Source: the human T2T-CHM13v2.0 reference genome, Homo sapiens. From it: a DNA stretch of 64,000 nucleotides. Positions 32,756 through 47,499 of the stretch are shown in pieces. The stretch's first letter is position 1. Each line of letters starts with the position of its first letter. Position numbers and translations under genes: made by a program. The stretch lies in assembly GCF_009914755.1 (NCBI RefSeq), contig NC_060939.1, one strand, 5' to 3'. The notes under the pieces are model-generated. The model made no database searches and was not told where the DNA came from. It saw only the letters and a list, made by a program, of their open reading frames with translations.

Positions 32756-33772
32756 TTACATTTTGGCATGATTTTGCAGCGGCTGGTACCAGTTGTTCCT
32801 TTCCATGTTTAGTGCTTCCTTCAGGAGCTCTTTTAGGGCAGGCCTGGTGGTGACAAAATCTCTCAGCATTTGCTTGTTTGTAAAGTATTTTTGTTTCTCA
32901 TTCACTTATGAAGCTTAGTTTGGCTGGATATGAAATTTTGGGTTGAAAATTCTTTTCTTTAAGAATGTTGAATATTGGCCCCCGCTCTCTTCTGGCTTGT
33001 AGAGTTTCTGCCGAGAGATCAGCTGTTAGTCTGATGGGCTTCCCTTTGTGGGTAACCTGACCTTTCTCTCTGGCTGCCCTTAACATTTTTTCCTTCATTT
33101 CAACTTTGGTGAATCTGACAATTATGTGTCTTGGAGTTGCTCTTCTCGAGGAGTATCTTTGTGGCGTTCTCTGTATTTCCTGAATCTGAATGTTGGCCTG
33201 CCTTGCTAGATTGGAGAAGTTCTCCTGGATAATATCCTGCAGAGTGTTTTCCAACTTGGTTCCATTCTCCCCGTCACTTTCAGGTAACCAATCAGATGTA
33301 GATTTGGTCTTTTCACATAGTCCCATATTTCTTGGAGGCTTTGTTCATTTCTTTTTATTCTTTTTTCTCTAAACTTCCCTTCTCGCTTCATTTCATTCAT
33401 TTCATCTTCCGTCACTGAAACCCTTTCTTCCAGTTGATCGCATCAGCTCCTGAGGCTTCTGCATTCTTCACGTAGTTCTTGAGCCTTGGCTTTCAGCTCC
33501 ATCAGCTCCTTTAAGCACTTCTCTGTATTGGTGATTCTAGTTATACATTCATCTAAATTTTTTTCAAAGTTTTCAACTTCTTTGCCTTTGGTTTGAATTT
33601 CCTCCTGTAGCTCGGAGTAGTTTGATCGTCTGAAGCCTTCTTCTCTCAACTCGTCAAAGTCTTTCTCTGTCCAGCTTTGTTCCGTTGCTGGTGAGGAACT
33701 GCGTTCCTTTGGAGGAGGAGAGGCGCTCTGCTTTTTAGAGTTTCCATTTTTTCTGCTCTGTTTTTTCCCCAT
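32756..33772 (-). pseudogene. L1 ORF1p, disabled
   Basis: MGKKQSRK... 33443-33772 ends at a premature stop; further fragments 33206-33415 and 32898-33326 are in shifted frames. Confidence 0.93.
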
Positions 33773-36700
33773 CTTTGTGGTTTTATCTACTTTTGGTCTT
33801 TGATGATGGTGATGTACAGATGGGTTTTTGGTGTGGATGTCCTTTCTGTTTGTTAGTTTTCCTTCTAACAGACAGGACCCTCAGCTGCAGGTCTGTTGGA
33901 GTTTGCCAGAGGTCCACTCCAGACCCTGTTTGCCTGGGTTTCAGCAGCAGTGTCTGCATAACAGCGGATTTTTGTGAACTGCAAATGCAGCTGTCTGATT
34001 GTTCCTCTGGAAGTTTTGTCTCAGAGGAGTACCCGGCCATATGAGGTGTCAGTCTGCCCCTACTGGGGGGTGCCTCCCAGTTAGGCTGCTCGGGGGTCAG
34101 GGGTCAGGGACCCACTTGAGGAGGCAGTCTGCCCATTCTCAGATCTCCAGCTGCGTGCTGGGAGAAACACTGCTCTCTTCAAAGCTGTCAGACAGGGTCA
34201 TTTAAGTCTGCAGAGGTTACTGCTGTCTTTTTGTTTCGCCGTGAATTTTCTTACATTAATTTGCAAACACCCCCAATACAGATTCAACCATGACTCCTAC
34301 ATGAAAGAAGTGACATGTGATGACCTCCTTACTCAGAGTCATGTAAGAACACTATTTCTTACTATCCTAAAATTTTTTGACAAACGTTTTTGTTTTCAGC
34401 TTATTATCTGTAAATAATGACTCACTCAATTAACCAATTAGATAAACAGTGGCCAAATGGAATAATCAGCTTGACAACCATCATGAGGCTGTCAATTTTC
34501 TGAGTAAGGAGGTCGTCACATGTCACTTCTTTCATGTAGGAGTCATGGTTGAATCTGTATTGGGGGTATTTGCAAAGTAATGTAAGAAAATTCACGGCAT
34601 CTGGTCTCTTGAAACCAGAAAGATTTTAGTTCAAACTGAATTGTATGTCTATGTGCAGTATATATCTAGATTAGATTAGATATAGATAGATAGGTAGACA
34701 CATATATGTATATATGTATTTACATGTTAGGCATTTTTAAAAGCCTAAGTCTAAAGGACAAGGAGACATTTTGCACTTCTTTTGTTTTAAAATACACATT
34801 TCTAGGTGTAAGATTGTATAGAACCACATTATCACTGGCCTTCTGATAAAAAGTGCATTCAAAGTAAAAAAACATACTAGCACTTCAAAATAAATGCAAG
34901 TAGGAGAGACAAGGCTTATATGAAACAGAAGAGAAATGCTTTTCCTATGATTAATTTAAATCAAGGATCAGTTCAAGCAAGAAGTGCTCTCCTTTTCAGA
35001 AACCTCTCAAGGCTGGACATGTGACCGTCCATCTAACTGTCATTATGGTTGAACACCTGCTTTGCTTCAGGCCCTGCACTAAATTTAGAGCCTCATGTTG
35101 TGGCTGGCACATAGCAAGTTCTCGATTAGCATTTGTTGAATGCACGCATGCATGAATAACTAAAGAAAAGGTAGCTCAAAAAGCTCAAAATCTAGATGTT
35201 CCTATTTTCAGTCTCTGAATTAAGATTATGGACCTGAATAGGGTTCCAATGACAATGATAGTTCTGATGATACTACTTAGGGCAAGTTCCTGAGCTTGAT
35301 TCTCTTGAAGGCCAGTCAGCTGTGGTTGTTCTGAGCCCCACACTTTACCAGGAGCCCACACAGCCATCTCTCAAACACGTGCCACTGACCACAAGGGCAT
35401 CTACGATGGGTCAGCATGAAGTCATAGCTGGAAGAAACTATTCCAAGAGTCTGTTCTTATGGCAGAAGTCAGCAGCACCTCTTTGAGTCCTTCATTATAG
35501 GAACCTCATCGAAATTTTCTTTTCTCTACCATTTTAAAAAATGCCATTCATTATAGGAAAGAAGTTCATAATTCTGCTGGATATTAATTAATCATAAACC
35601 AAACTCAAATGCATGTAGATGTACACACAACTGCCAAGTTTGGAAAGTACTAGAGAGCTGTTATTCATCTGTATACCCATAGGCTTTAAGATTTGCACTC
35701 CCTCTTCATATTCACAGCCTCTTTTGAGTACCTGTTATGTGCCAGGAGCCAAGACAGGGCTGGAGAGACTCAGTTCAGATCCTGTGCTCATGGAGTGCGT
35801 ATTCTAAGGCAGAGACAGACATTAAAAATATGTAGTCCTATACAATCAAAGGAGAAGGCATCATTTGGAGTGATTAACATGGGGACTTAACGTTGTCTGG
35901 GGTCTAGAAAGATTTACTTGAGGAGTTGGCTTTTGAGTTGAGAGCTGAAGGATGAAAAATGAAAAATAGCTATGATTACCATGGAATCTAGATTACATAC
36001 AAATTAGGATTAAATTATCCACATAAATGTGGGGAAAGTTGGTCTTCTCTTGGATTACCCAGATACTTCCCTTTGACTTTCTATTGTATACTGTTGAAAT
36101 ATGAAGTAGAGAATCAAAATGATTGACCAATTGACCAGAAAATATTTTTCCTTAATTACATAGACACTTCCTAAAGAAATAGTTCAGATATGAACTGTCT
36201 AGATAACTGGTTCTCTGCTTCAGTTGCATTTACATCTAGTTTTGATATCCAGCTTAAGCTGCACAACTTTTTATGAGTCCAAACTTTGAGACCTATTTCC
36301 CCAAAACTCCACATGACACAGTAGGTGCCATCATAGGTTATTTTCTTGTTTATAAGATGTCATCTTGCCTTCCCCATAGCCTAAGTTCCCCTGTTGAATT
36401 GGTTTTATTGAGCTTCACAGTCATTTTGCGATGTATTTGCCCAGGCATTCATCAAGATGACAAAGGAAATAAAAACCCCAGTCTCAAAGCTGTATAAATG
36501 TCAATGAGCAAACAGATCAAAGAAGTAAACAAGCCAGATCCACATTCACTTGTGATTAGCAGGAAAACAGAGGGGGAGGAAACCGACTATTTGCCAAGGA
36601 CAGGATGGAACATAAATTGAATTTTCCTCCTGGCTTTTGAAAATGTTGTCATTATCATCTGCTCGTCGTTTCTACGTGTCTTATTTTCACAACTTGCTTG

Positions 36701-37845
36701 ACACCCCAAATAATCGCCTGGGGACAAAAAAAACTGCAGTATCATCAGGAGTTATTTAATTGCTAGTATTGTTAAGAAAACACTGTATCCACCTTCATCT
36801 TCTATGAAGTGCTTAGAACAGTTAACTGTCACAATATTGTGAATTCAGTGCATGAGAGAGACTTGAAGAATACATTTCTTATTCATCTCTGTTGCCCCAG
36901 TACCTAGCATAGAACCTGGCACAAAGTCCCGTTAAATAGAGTCCCCAAAAACCCTTGCAGCATAAAAGCAACCTTTTGGCAAGCAACCTTGCCAAAGTGC
37001 CCACTCTCAGTAAGAAAGGTAATTTACTGAGTGGAAGTTCATGGGCTCTGGAGTCAGTCAGATGAGATTTTGAATTCCGACCTCTATTTACCAGATTTTG
37101 AATTCTGATCTCTTCAGGCATATAGTAACTTCTCAATCAATGTTATCTATCAATACCTTACCTGGACATCATAAATTGGATGTCAGATTTTGTGAGATTT
37201 GATGAATAATTGTCAGTTGTTTCTTGGGGAAAAATTGGGCTTTGGTTAATGCGCTCTAAAATATCCCCTCTTTAAAGAATCTTCCCCAAGGCCCTGCCAT
37301 TGGAGCCTCTGCTGCCTTTCGACTCATCACTGTGGTACCTTTCTATTCCCCAATTTCTTTCTTCTTTAGCTTGTTTTTTTCCATTGCTTGCCAGCTGCTT
37401 CTTCCTTTGTGATCTTGAAAAATGCTTACTCATGACTTCTCTGTTGCTTCAAAGCCATGTGTTTCATTTTATCATTGGCATTTTACTTATTTATCTGACC
37501 TTCACCACTTTATTCAGAATTCAAGCCATCAGATGCAATTGACCTTCATCTTTTCAAATGCTGGTTTAAAAACTCTAAGTCAAAATGTCACCATGTTGTC
37601 TTAAGTTTTCTCAGGATATTTTGCATAAATGTACACAGGCAGATATACATGTATACCTAGTGTACTAATGATAGTATAATGAAATTATTATGAATCTACT
37701 CCAAATGAGATAATTATTCATAAAAGTTTCTTTCATTTTTAAAGAGGCACACTATTGAAAACTACTCCATTCTGTCACCGGAACTTTCTTCTGAAACAGA
37801 TGTTCTGTCCATCCAATTGAATATCAGTTAAAGGACTTTTTCTTT

Positions 37846-37996
37846 TTTCAGACAAAGTCTTGTTTTGTTGCTCAGGCTGGAGTGCAGTGGTGCAATCATG
37901 GCTCACTGCAGCCTTGACCTCCCTGGGCTCAGTGGAGCCCACCTCAGCGTCCCAAGTAGCTGGGACTACAGGCACATGCCACCACACCCAGCTAAT
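37846..37996 (-). mobile_element. Alu right monomer (FRAM or truncated AluJ)
   Basis: Only the right-arm sequence is present. Confidence 0.88.
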
Positions 37997-39139
37997 CCAA
38001 TTAAAGGATATTTAAGGAAAAAAATGAACCTCTTCAAAATCAAATTTATTTTGATATTTAATTCACAAAGATGTGCAGCATATTTTTGTGCTTCCTTTTG
38101 TATCTATTTGCATTTTTGCATGTAGTTATTTTGACATGATATGGATGACATTTTCCTTCCTTCCATTTAAATAATAAGTGTGCACTGTTATCTACTTAAT
38201 TTGTAAGGTATCCCGCTGTCTCCATCACATTGATGAGAAGGGTCCTGGTCTTGTTGTCCAGAACTCATAGCTATATTAGAAGATTGTATGTTTTCTTCAT
38301 TAAAGCACATGGGGAGGAATGGAAGGGAGATGTTTCTGGCCTCTCACAGCCATATGTCAGTGTCCTTTGGGGGTTTCCTGGAGAAAATAGTACTGGACAT
38401 TTTTAAAGGTCACATTACTGGAACTGAAAAAGTGATATGATGGGGATTAGGATGATGATAATGGCTGGCATTTGTTCAACCACCACCTTATAAACTCTTT
38501 GAACTCTTGCAGTACCTTGCAAGGCAGATTGTGTGATCTCCTTTGTCCAAATCAAGGAACTTAAAGCACAGGAGAGTTCAGTAACTTGCTCAAGGTCATG
38601 TTGTTGTGGACTAACTCCTGGTCCCAAGCTCCACATCACTACACCACTCCATGAGGCTAACACTGGTTTTATCATCCATGTGTCCTGACATTGCAGTGAG
38701 GTGTGACCAGATCCTCTTCTAAGATGGGCTCTCGTTTGTCCCAGGCTGTCCCCCAGACCCCTGCTTCTTCTCTCTTCTGTCTTCATCACAACATACACGA
38801 GGATTCTTTATGGACTATTACACAATGGTATTATTCTTCTCTGAATAGGGGTGTGAATTTTGGCAAAGAATTACCTACTTACTTTCTCCTAACAAAAAAA
38901 GGCCTGGCCTATCTGGATATTTATCGGTGAGATACAGAATGAAAGAAGGCTGAGATGGATTTATTTTACACCCAAAGCTGGTAACTTCAGGGCCTCTGGA
39001 GAACTATTTGGCAGCTCAATGTCATAAACATTTTATTTTATATTAATGAAATGAACTATACAGTTTATATTTTGCTATACGTGAGATAAACCACTGAGCA
39101 AAAATTATATATAAAACATATTATAGTGAATTGGCATCA

Positions 39140-39340
39140 TGATGAATAGAAAAAGCATTATACATGGAGTGAGACAAAGCTAGTTTTGAAGCCTAGTCCA
39201 CAATTTACTAGCTGTGTGTCCTTTAGCAAGTCACTTGACCTCTCTGAGATTTGGTTTTCTAATTTTTAAGAGGAGGTCATTATACCTACCAACAAGGTAG
39301 TTATCAACAAGTTGTAGGGTTACATGAACAAGAATTATTA
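39140..39340 (+). mobile_element. MIR
   Basis: TTTACTAGCTGTGTGTCCTTTAGCAAGTCACTTGACCTCTCTGAG. Confidence 0.75.
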
Positions 39341-39394
39341 AGCAAGTTTTGGAAATGTGAAAAGATCCTAGGTGCTTAATGAACTTTAAAAAAT

Positions 39395-39645
39395 ACACTT
39401 ATAAATGGAAGCTAAATAATGTGTACTCATGGACACAGCATAGAATAAGAGACGCTGGAGACTCAGAAGGCTGTGGGGGGTGAGGAGGTTGAGGGGTGAG
39501 AAATTATGTAATGAGTACAATGTACACTATTTGGGTAATGGCTACACTAAAAGCTCAGACTTCACCACTGCGCAATATATCCATGTATCAAAACTGCGCT
39601 TGTACCCCTAAATGTATACAAATAAAATAAATTAATAAATTAAAC
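39395..39645 (+). mobile_element. L1MA/PB-type 3' end
   Basis: CACTAAAAGCTCAGACTTCACCACTGCGCAATATATCCATGT...TGTACCCCTAAAT plus A-rich tail. Confidence 0.85.
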
Positions 39646-40913
39646 AAGTAAGAGAATGCTTACATTTTTCTTAAGCATTTTATTTAGAAGCATGTATCAT
39701 GCAAATACACAAAAGAAATTTATTTTCAGAGCCTGTTTATCTTTTAAAAGTACACTTTTTGTTTTCACTATAAGGAGACGATTGAACATGCTCCATTCTT
39801 ATCATCAATGCAGGAAAAGTCCTGAGTCATGCACAAGGCGTACTTTTAAGAAAAACCGGCAGGCAGTAACATTTCACGGGTGTTCATTCCTGGATGTGTG
39901 AACACTGCATTTAAAAAAAGTTTATTGGCATTACATTTTGTGACATATTGTTGGAGGTGAATAATTTATCTGGTGTGACTGCCTGAGGAAATATTTCTCC
40001 ATATTTGCAAGTGGATTCTTCTTTCTCATTACTAAGTAGATTTATTGCATGAGTAAAATGAATTCTATAATGCTCTTAAATGTTTCTCAGTAAGAGATGA
40101 ATTTCAGAGTCTCACATTTAATCGATAATTTTTTACGTGGCAGCAGAACAAGAGAACATTCCAACCAGCTTGCTTACCAGCATGTGAAAGTAGCAGGTAA
40201 AGGTCACTGTCCAATGTGCTGAAAGCTGCTCCTGCTTATGAAATCAGTGGCTCTGGGTTAGTTTTCTGGAAGTCACCCCATTCTAATATATAATGCAACA
40301 TTTTAAAGTACTTCAGCACAGTAAAGCTTCTTGTGGCTTGTAGGATAACATCTGTCAAGTGCTACTTGATGCCTTAGACAAATAGTGACAACCTGCAATT
40401 CATTCAATTTTATGTTTTGTTTTTTTTTTTTAAATTGTGGCAACATATACCATTGTTTTCCTTGCTGCAATGATAAGTAGATTTGTATAATTTTTATTGA
40501 GTTAAATCATAATTAACTGAATATTTTTCTATATTCATTTACTAGGAAGCAGAACTTGGGATTTGTGGTTTTTCAGATGCTGACTATATTTCTTTTAAGC
40601 ATGGTGTTTTGGTCCTTTTGAAGAAAGAACTGAACCACATAATTGAAATAGGCTAGCTTTGATTCGTTTTATTTGGGTTTAATTTCAAGTACAATGCCAT
40701 AATAAACAAAATAAGAATTATAATGAAACTATCTTGTACTCAAAATATCCAAGTATGTATTACTAAGAAATTTGGTACTAAAAGCCAAACATATTGTATT
40801 GACTATACATTATTTTTCATTTAATTATTTTTCTTTTATTTTATCCATAAGTTTTTCTATAGTCATCTTATTTTAAAATGAATAATTATAGGAAAATATA
40901 CCAAGAGGTATAA

Positions 40914-41369
<456 letters not shown>

Positions 41370-41574
41370 TGAATGTTCCTTATTTTGAACATGAATATGT
41401 CATTTGAATAGTGTAGGTTACTTAGGGCCCGCTTTTTTTGAAAAAGATTAATCTGAACACTCTTATTTTTATGCCCCATCAAGTATTACAGGTTTTCTTT
41501 ATTATTGTTCTCATGACCTAGTAGCTTCTAATACTAAGTTCTTGAGGATATATGTACATCCTATTTTCTCTCTT

Positions 41575-41880
<306 letters not shown>

Positions 41881-42461
41881 TATTTTCTACCTCAGTTTTT
41901 TTTCTCCAAATGTCATTTTTTTTTCCACCTCTTACTTTTTTATAGACTACATTTTGTTCATGGCACACTGTCATAATTGGTCCTTGGAAAAATGTCCTGT
42001 ATTTTGTGTTATTCTAGTCATTTTTTCCTCTCACCTCCGTCCCCATTTACCTCCTTTCGTAGGCATCCATTCCAACACGTTTAGTAAGTCCACTTATGTA
42101 TACTCATAAAATATATGTATTGTTTTATTTTTATGTATTTTATATACATAAATGGCATTGCACCGTGGTTTTGTTTTGTTTCTTCCTTTTTCACACAGTG
42201 CTATTTTAAAAGATCTACCCATGTTTATTTATATATGTATATATGTAGTTCGATACTTCTGACATTATAAAAATGTCAGTTTTCTCCAAAGTACCTTAGC
42301 ACTACAATCTAATTATAAGAAAATCCCTTCTTTATCATGTTACCATCTCACACATAAATTTGGTAAGTCTTTCCATATGTTCAAGCCTTTTAAAAGCATT
42401 CTTTGAAAGAGTTTTAGATTTTCTCTGGAAAGGGCTGGTTCACTCCTTTTAGAAAAATTCC

Positions 42462-42810
<349 letters not shown>

Positions 42811-42867
42811 TTATCTTATTTCATATTATATTTTCTTGTTAGTTATTGCTGATAAAGAGAAATGCTA

Positions 42868-42968
42868 TTTTTTTAAATTTTATTATTATTATACTTTAAG
42901 TTTTAGGGTACATGTGCACAACGTGCAGGTTTGTTACATATGTATACATGTGCCATGTTGGTGTGCTG
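42868..42968 (-). mobile_element. Very short (~100 bp) L1PA 3' end
   Basis: TTATTATACTTTAAGTTTTAGGGTACATGTGCACAACGTGCAGG...GGTGTGCTG. Confidence 0.9.
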
Positions 42969-43764
42969 TGATTTATGTTCATCTTTTATCTATCTACCTT
43001 GGATTATTACATCTATATGAATGATCTATGTAAGTGGTCATATCATTCATCAATAGTGATCATTATACCTTTTCATTTTCAGTGTTTTCTTTTTTTTTCC
43101 TTTATTTCTTTTTCTTGCATAATTGTCTTCTTGAGGACCTCCAGTACTAAGTTTTATAGTTGTGGTAAAAATGCGCATTATTTTTTTGTTCATGATCGTA
43201 AAGTGAATGCATGGAAAATTCCCCCATTCAGCAGGATGTTTGCAGTAGGATTTTGGTAATCAGTATTTATCTGTAGTCATAAATACTTATTTGGAGTGCC
43301 TTCTATTTCATTCTGTTCTAAGTATCTTTAAATTTTCATTTTTGTTTCTTCTTTCTGCCAAAGGCAGAATATTTCTTAGTTTTCAGACATATGTTGTAGG
43401 TTTCTGATGTTCCCGTTTTATGGTCAGAGACATAATCTCTATGAAGCTTCTGGTACATTGTAGGATTTTGCAAATGTTCCATATGTTGTCAATACACCTA
43501 TGCACACAAACTTTTTTTTAGTTCTTCTGTAACATGACTTTTCTTTTAGTCTTCTTTATGTTTTTTAGTGAAGGAAATATTACAATCTCCAGCTACAATG
43601 GTTGATTTATCTACTTCTCTCTGTAGTTTTATCAATGCTGCTTTGTGTATTTGGATATTATATTATTTAGAGGATTTTGTTCATGATCATTATAGTTTCT
43701 TGATCTAGTGTTTTGTCTACCTTTATTTATCATACCTCTGTCCTTATGATAATTTTTGCCTTAA

Positions 43765-44009
<245 letters not shown>

Positions 44010-44450
44010 TGACAAAAACTCCCTCTTTGATCAAACTTTGTACAGGCTCCTAGTAATCTTCTTCTCAATTAGGTCTTGTCTTTGGCCTGATGAGCCCAGT
44101 TCTAGCAAAGAATCCTACTGAGATAGTTTAGAGAGAACCCTTCCACCCTGATACATCATCAAGTTATTAATCCCCCCCACCTTCGTATCGAAGTACTTGC
44201 CTAACCTTTAGCAAGAATCTTGTTAAGCCAGTTTAGCAAAAATCTCTCTACTCTTGGTACCTAACTAAGTTCCTCTCAGTAATTTTCTACCCACTGACCC
44301 CCTTGTCTGCTTCTTGGCTGTAAATCCCAAGTTGTCTCGCTGCTTTTGGAGTTGAACTCAGCTCTGTATTGAAGTCTCTCTCCCCTACTGCGGTAGCTCA
44401 GATACAATTTATCTTGCCATTTGAAACAAATGTCTGGTGCAAAATTTTTC
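44010..44450 (+). mobile_element. MER31-like ERV1 LTR
   Basis: TGACAAAAACTCCCTCTTTGATCAAACTTTGTACAGGCTCC...AGCAAGAATC. Confidence 0.7.
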
Positions 44451-45539
44451 TCCTGCATAACCTCTCCATGTACTACTTTTGTTTTAAATACATCTCTTAT
44501 AGGCAACATTTTGCTGGATATTTTTCAAAATACAACTTGAGAATCTCATCTTTTAATCAGTTAGTTTGACTTTTTATATTAACTAGTTATTACATTAGTA
44601 TTTATTACTCTATCTCATTTTCTTTTTGAAAAACATTTTACACATCTTTTATAAAGATTTTTCTCTGTCTTCCTATTTTCCACTGGATACGTTAAATTTT
44701 ATTTTATAAGTTTTAAAGTTTGAGTTTTATTTTTCTGGCGGTTACCCTTAGATTCCAGATCTTCCACCAGAGTGAATATATTAGCGTGTTCTTACCTCAT
44801 GCTGGTCTCTCTGTCTCCTGCCCACTATCATATTAGTATTGATCTTTAGTTCTAGGATTTTATACATTTTTAAAAGTCATTGCTTATTTAAAAAATAAAC
44901 CTTGTTAACATATTTATTCACTTTTCCTTCCATGCCTAGCAGGAAGGAATTTATTTTCTCTTTTTGTGGCACTGTTTGTCCTAAAAATTATTTTCAAAGT
45001 GTGTCTTTGTGTAATAAGCCCAGGCCTTGAATGACTAAAAGAATTTTCATTTCACTCTCGCATTTGATTATAAATTTGGCTGACATACAATTCTATGCTT
45101 TCTTGAATTCAGTTCCTCTCTAGGATTTCTGTTCCTTTCTCTAACTCTTTGTCAATAGGACTTCTTGAGTCTAGTGTTTCTGTCCTGAGGTCTGAGGTCA
45201 GTCTTGGAAGTGACTTTGGCCTCTTTAAACTTCAGGTTCCTCATGTGTAAAATGAGATAATATCAATATGGGTTTCACAAGGGATGTGATGAGAAATCAG
45301 TGAAGTAGTGTGTGAAACAATGTGACATTCTTGATGTGTTTATGAACAACAGTCTCTGAGTTGCTCCTAATATGGCTTTAAAATGGCTAACATAATTCTT
45401 CCCTTTAAAAAAGGATGGAGAAGAAAAGGGGAAGGCAGGTGACATTTTCTTTTATTTCACAAGGTAAAGGGAATTCACTCCAATTTTTCCCATTTTACAA
45501 AATCACAGAGTTTTGCTCGTAGTGGACAGATGAATGACT

Positions 45540-46130
45540 TTCAGTAACTTCTTTTTACGATGCAGACCTTAGGGACTGACACGTGACTCATAGCTTGAAA
45601 CCAAGCTGTGCTATTTTTCCAGGCACCTGCTGTGCAGGCTCCTGAGGCTGGCCTGGATGGATGCAGTACATTGGCTTGGGCAGTTCAAACCAGTCATTTG
45701 CAGGCTGTGGCTGCTCTCATACTATGGATTATTTTTCCAATGTTTCCTCTCTGAAATGAAAAAAAGAGACACAAATCTATCTACTCATTTGTTTTCTGTC
45801 TGTTAATCCACAGTGGTCCCTTCGACTCAGTTCAGCATTTGTCTCTTGGGCATCTATCTTTGTTTGCTCAATATTGTTCCCGGTTCAGCTCTTGGAAGTC
45901 AATGAGTCAGGGATTCAGGAGAGGTAAGCCTGAGATGGCAGCAAGACGTAAGGGAGCCCCTGCAAGTGCCGCAGGAGGAGAAGGAGACGGCCTGCTTAGG
46001 GGATGTTTACCACACCTGCCTGTTGCTCCAGCACATAGTAGTACGTCAACAGTTGTTGAAAAATGTACCTGTTGGCCGACGTTGGCCTGTGTGGTCAGCC
46101 TCTTACTTCCAGTGAAGCAGTGTTAACTTT
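45540..46130. promoter_or_regulatory. Candidate AP-1/E-box enhancer
   Basis: Repeat-free; CACGTGACTCA 45580-45590, TGAGTCA 45903-45909, TGTGGT and several CpGs. Confidence 0.35.
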
Positions 46131-46751
46131 GCTTTGCCCTGACATTGCCCAAGTTGGATATTTAAAAAAAAACAAAAACAAAAACAAAATCAGAGCCAGG
46201 GAACCCCCTTTGGGTGATCCAGACCGTCTGTGCTTCCTTCTCTTTCTTGGAGCAGAGCAGATGGTGACTTCACTTGCCAGACCTAATCGAGAGGCAGATC
46301 TCAGAGTGGGCCCCCACCATGCATTTTAAAAAATTTGAAGGCCTTTGAAGACATCCAAGTATGTGAGAGAAGCACAAGGACATTCTGCCATTCTGAAAGC
46401 AGCTTTCATCTTCTCAAAGTTGTCTCATATTCTCATTCTAGAAAGCACTCAGCTTTCATATCTGTCCATTTATATTAACATGAGGACTAATTTTCAAGTG
46501 AAGTGCTTATAAAATAAGCACAAAAGAGATCACTGGAATGGACTTAAATGATATAAATATGTTTATTGTCTCAGGGACAGCAGTCCAGAAAAAGTTTATA
46601 TTATTTTTTCCTACATATTCCATCATGTTTTGGTATGCCAAATCTAAGTTGTAACCATAAAGGCTCAACGTTTTTATCCTCTTTTTGTAGGGCAAATGTG
46701 GAAATTGCAAACCTGTTTCTGTTTGCTAGGTAATCACCAGGGTATAGAGGT

Positions 46752-46782
<31 letters not shown>

Positions 46783-47499
46783 TAGGAACCTGGCCAGGGC
46801 ACTGGGATGATGGGTTCGATGGTCAGGGAGGAGGGAATTGAATTTATGCAGCATCAGCTGGGATCAGTCAAGGGCAGCTGTGATTAGTGTCCTAGGGGAC
46901 CTAGAGAGAAGAAGACAGTATTTCAGCTGAGCAGAAAGAGTAGGACAAGCAGAGAAGCAGGGAGCTCTGGCTCAGTGACTTGAGGGGTGATGGGTAGAGC
47001 ATTGGGCATAGCATAACATGTAGCTTCTCCCTCGGCTCTGCCCTGTAAAGGTGTGACTTTGGGCCAGCCTGCTCATGCCTCTGGACCTCAGGAGCTTTAT
47101 TTCCTTTCAGATAATGTTAGAATTATGCCTTTGGGCATAATTGGGTTGCTTCCAGTTTGGAGCAATGATGAATCAAGCTACTGTGAACATTCTTGTGTAT
47201 GTCTTTTGGTGGCCATACGCACTCTTTTCTCTTGAGTGAATACCCAGGAGTGGATTTGCAGAGTCTTAGATATACGTATGTTTAGATTATCTCGTCCTCT
47301 CTCTGAAACTTTCTGGAAAATTGTAGAAATGAATTTCTGATAAATTCAGATGAAGTGCCTTGGGGCTGTGGAGAATGCGTTAGACAAGGATTCATTCATT
47401 CAGGAAACCCATCAGGGATGCAGGCATGAAGGAGAGAAATTCGTTACTCTGGGACAACTCACTGACTTCAACGGAGGTTGCATCTTTGGGTTTAGGTCC

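Noticed and set aside
34100-34600. L1 antisense promoter or ORF0 driving transcription into the hairpin
   Set aside because: The element begins at about nt 570 of the 5' UTR, so most of the antisense promoter (about nt 400-600) and all of ORF0 are missing
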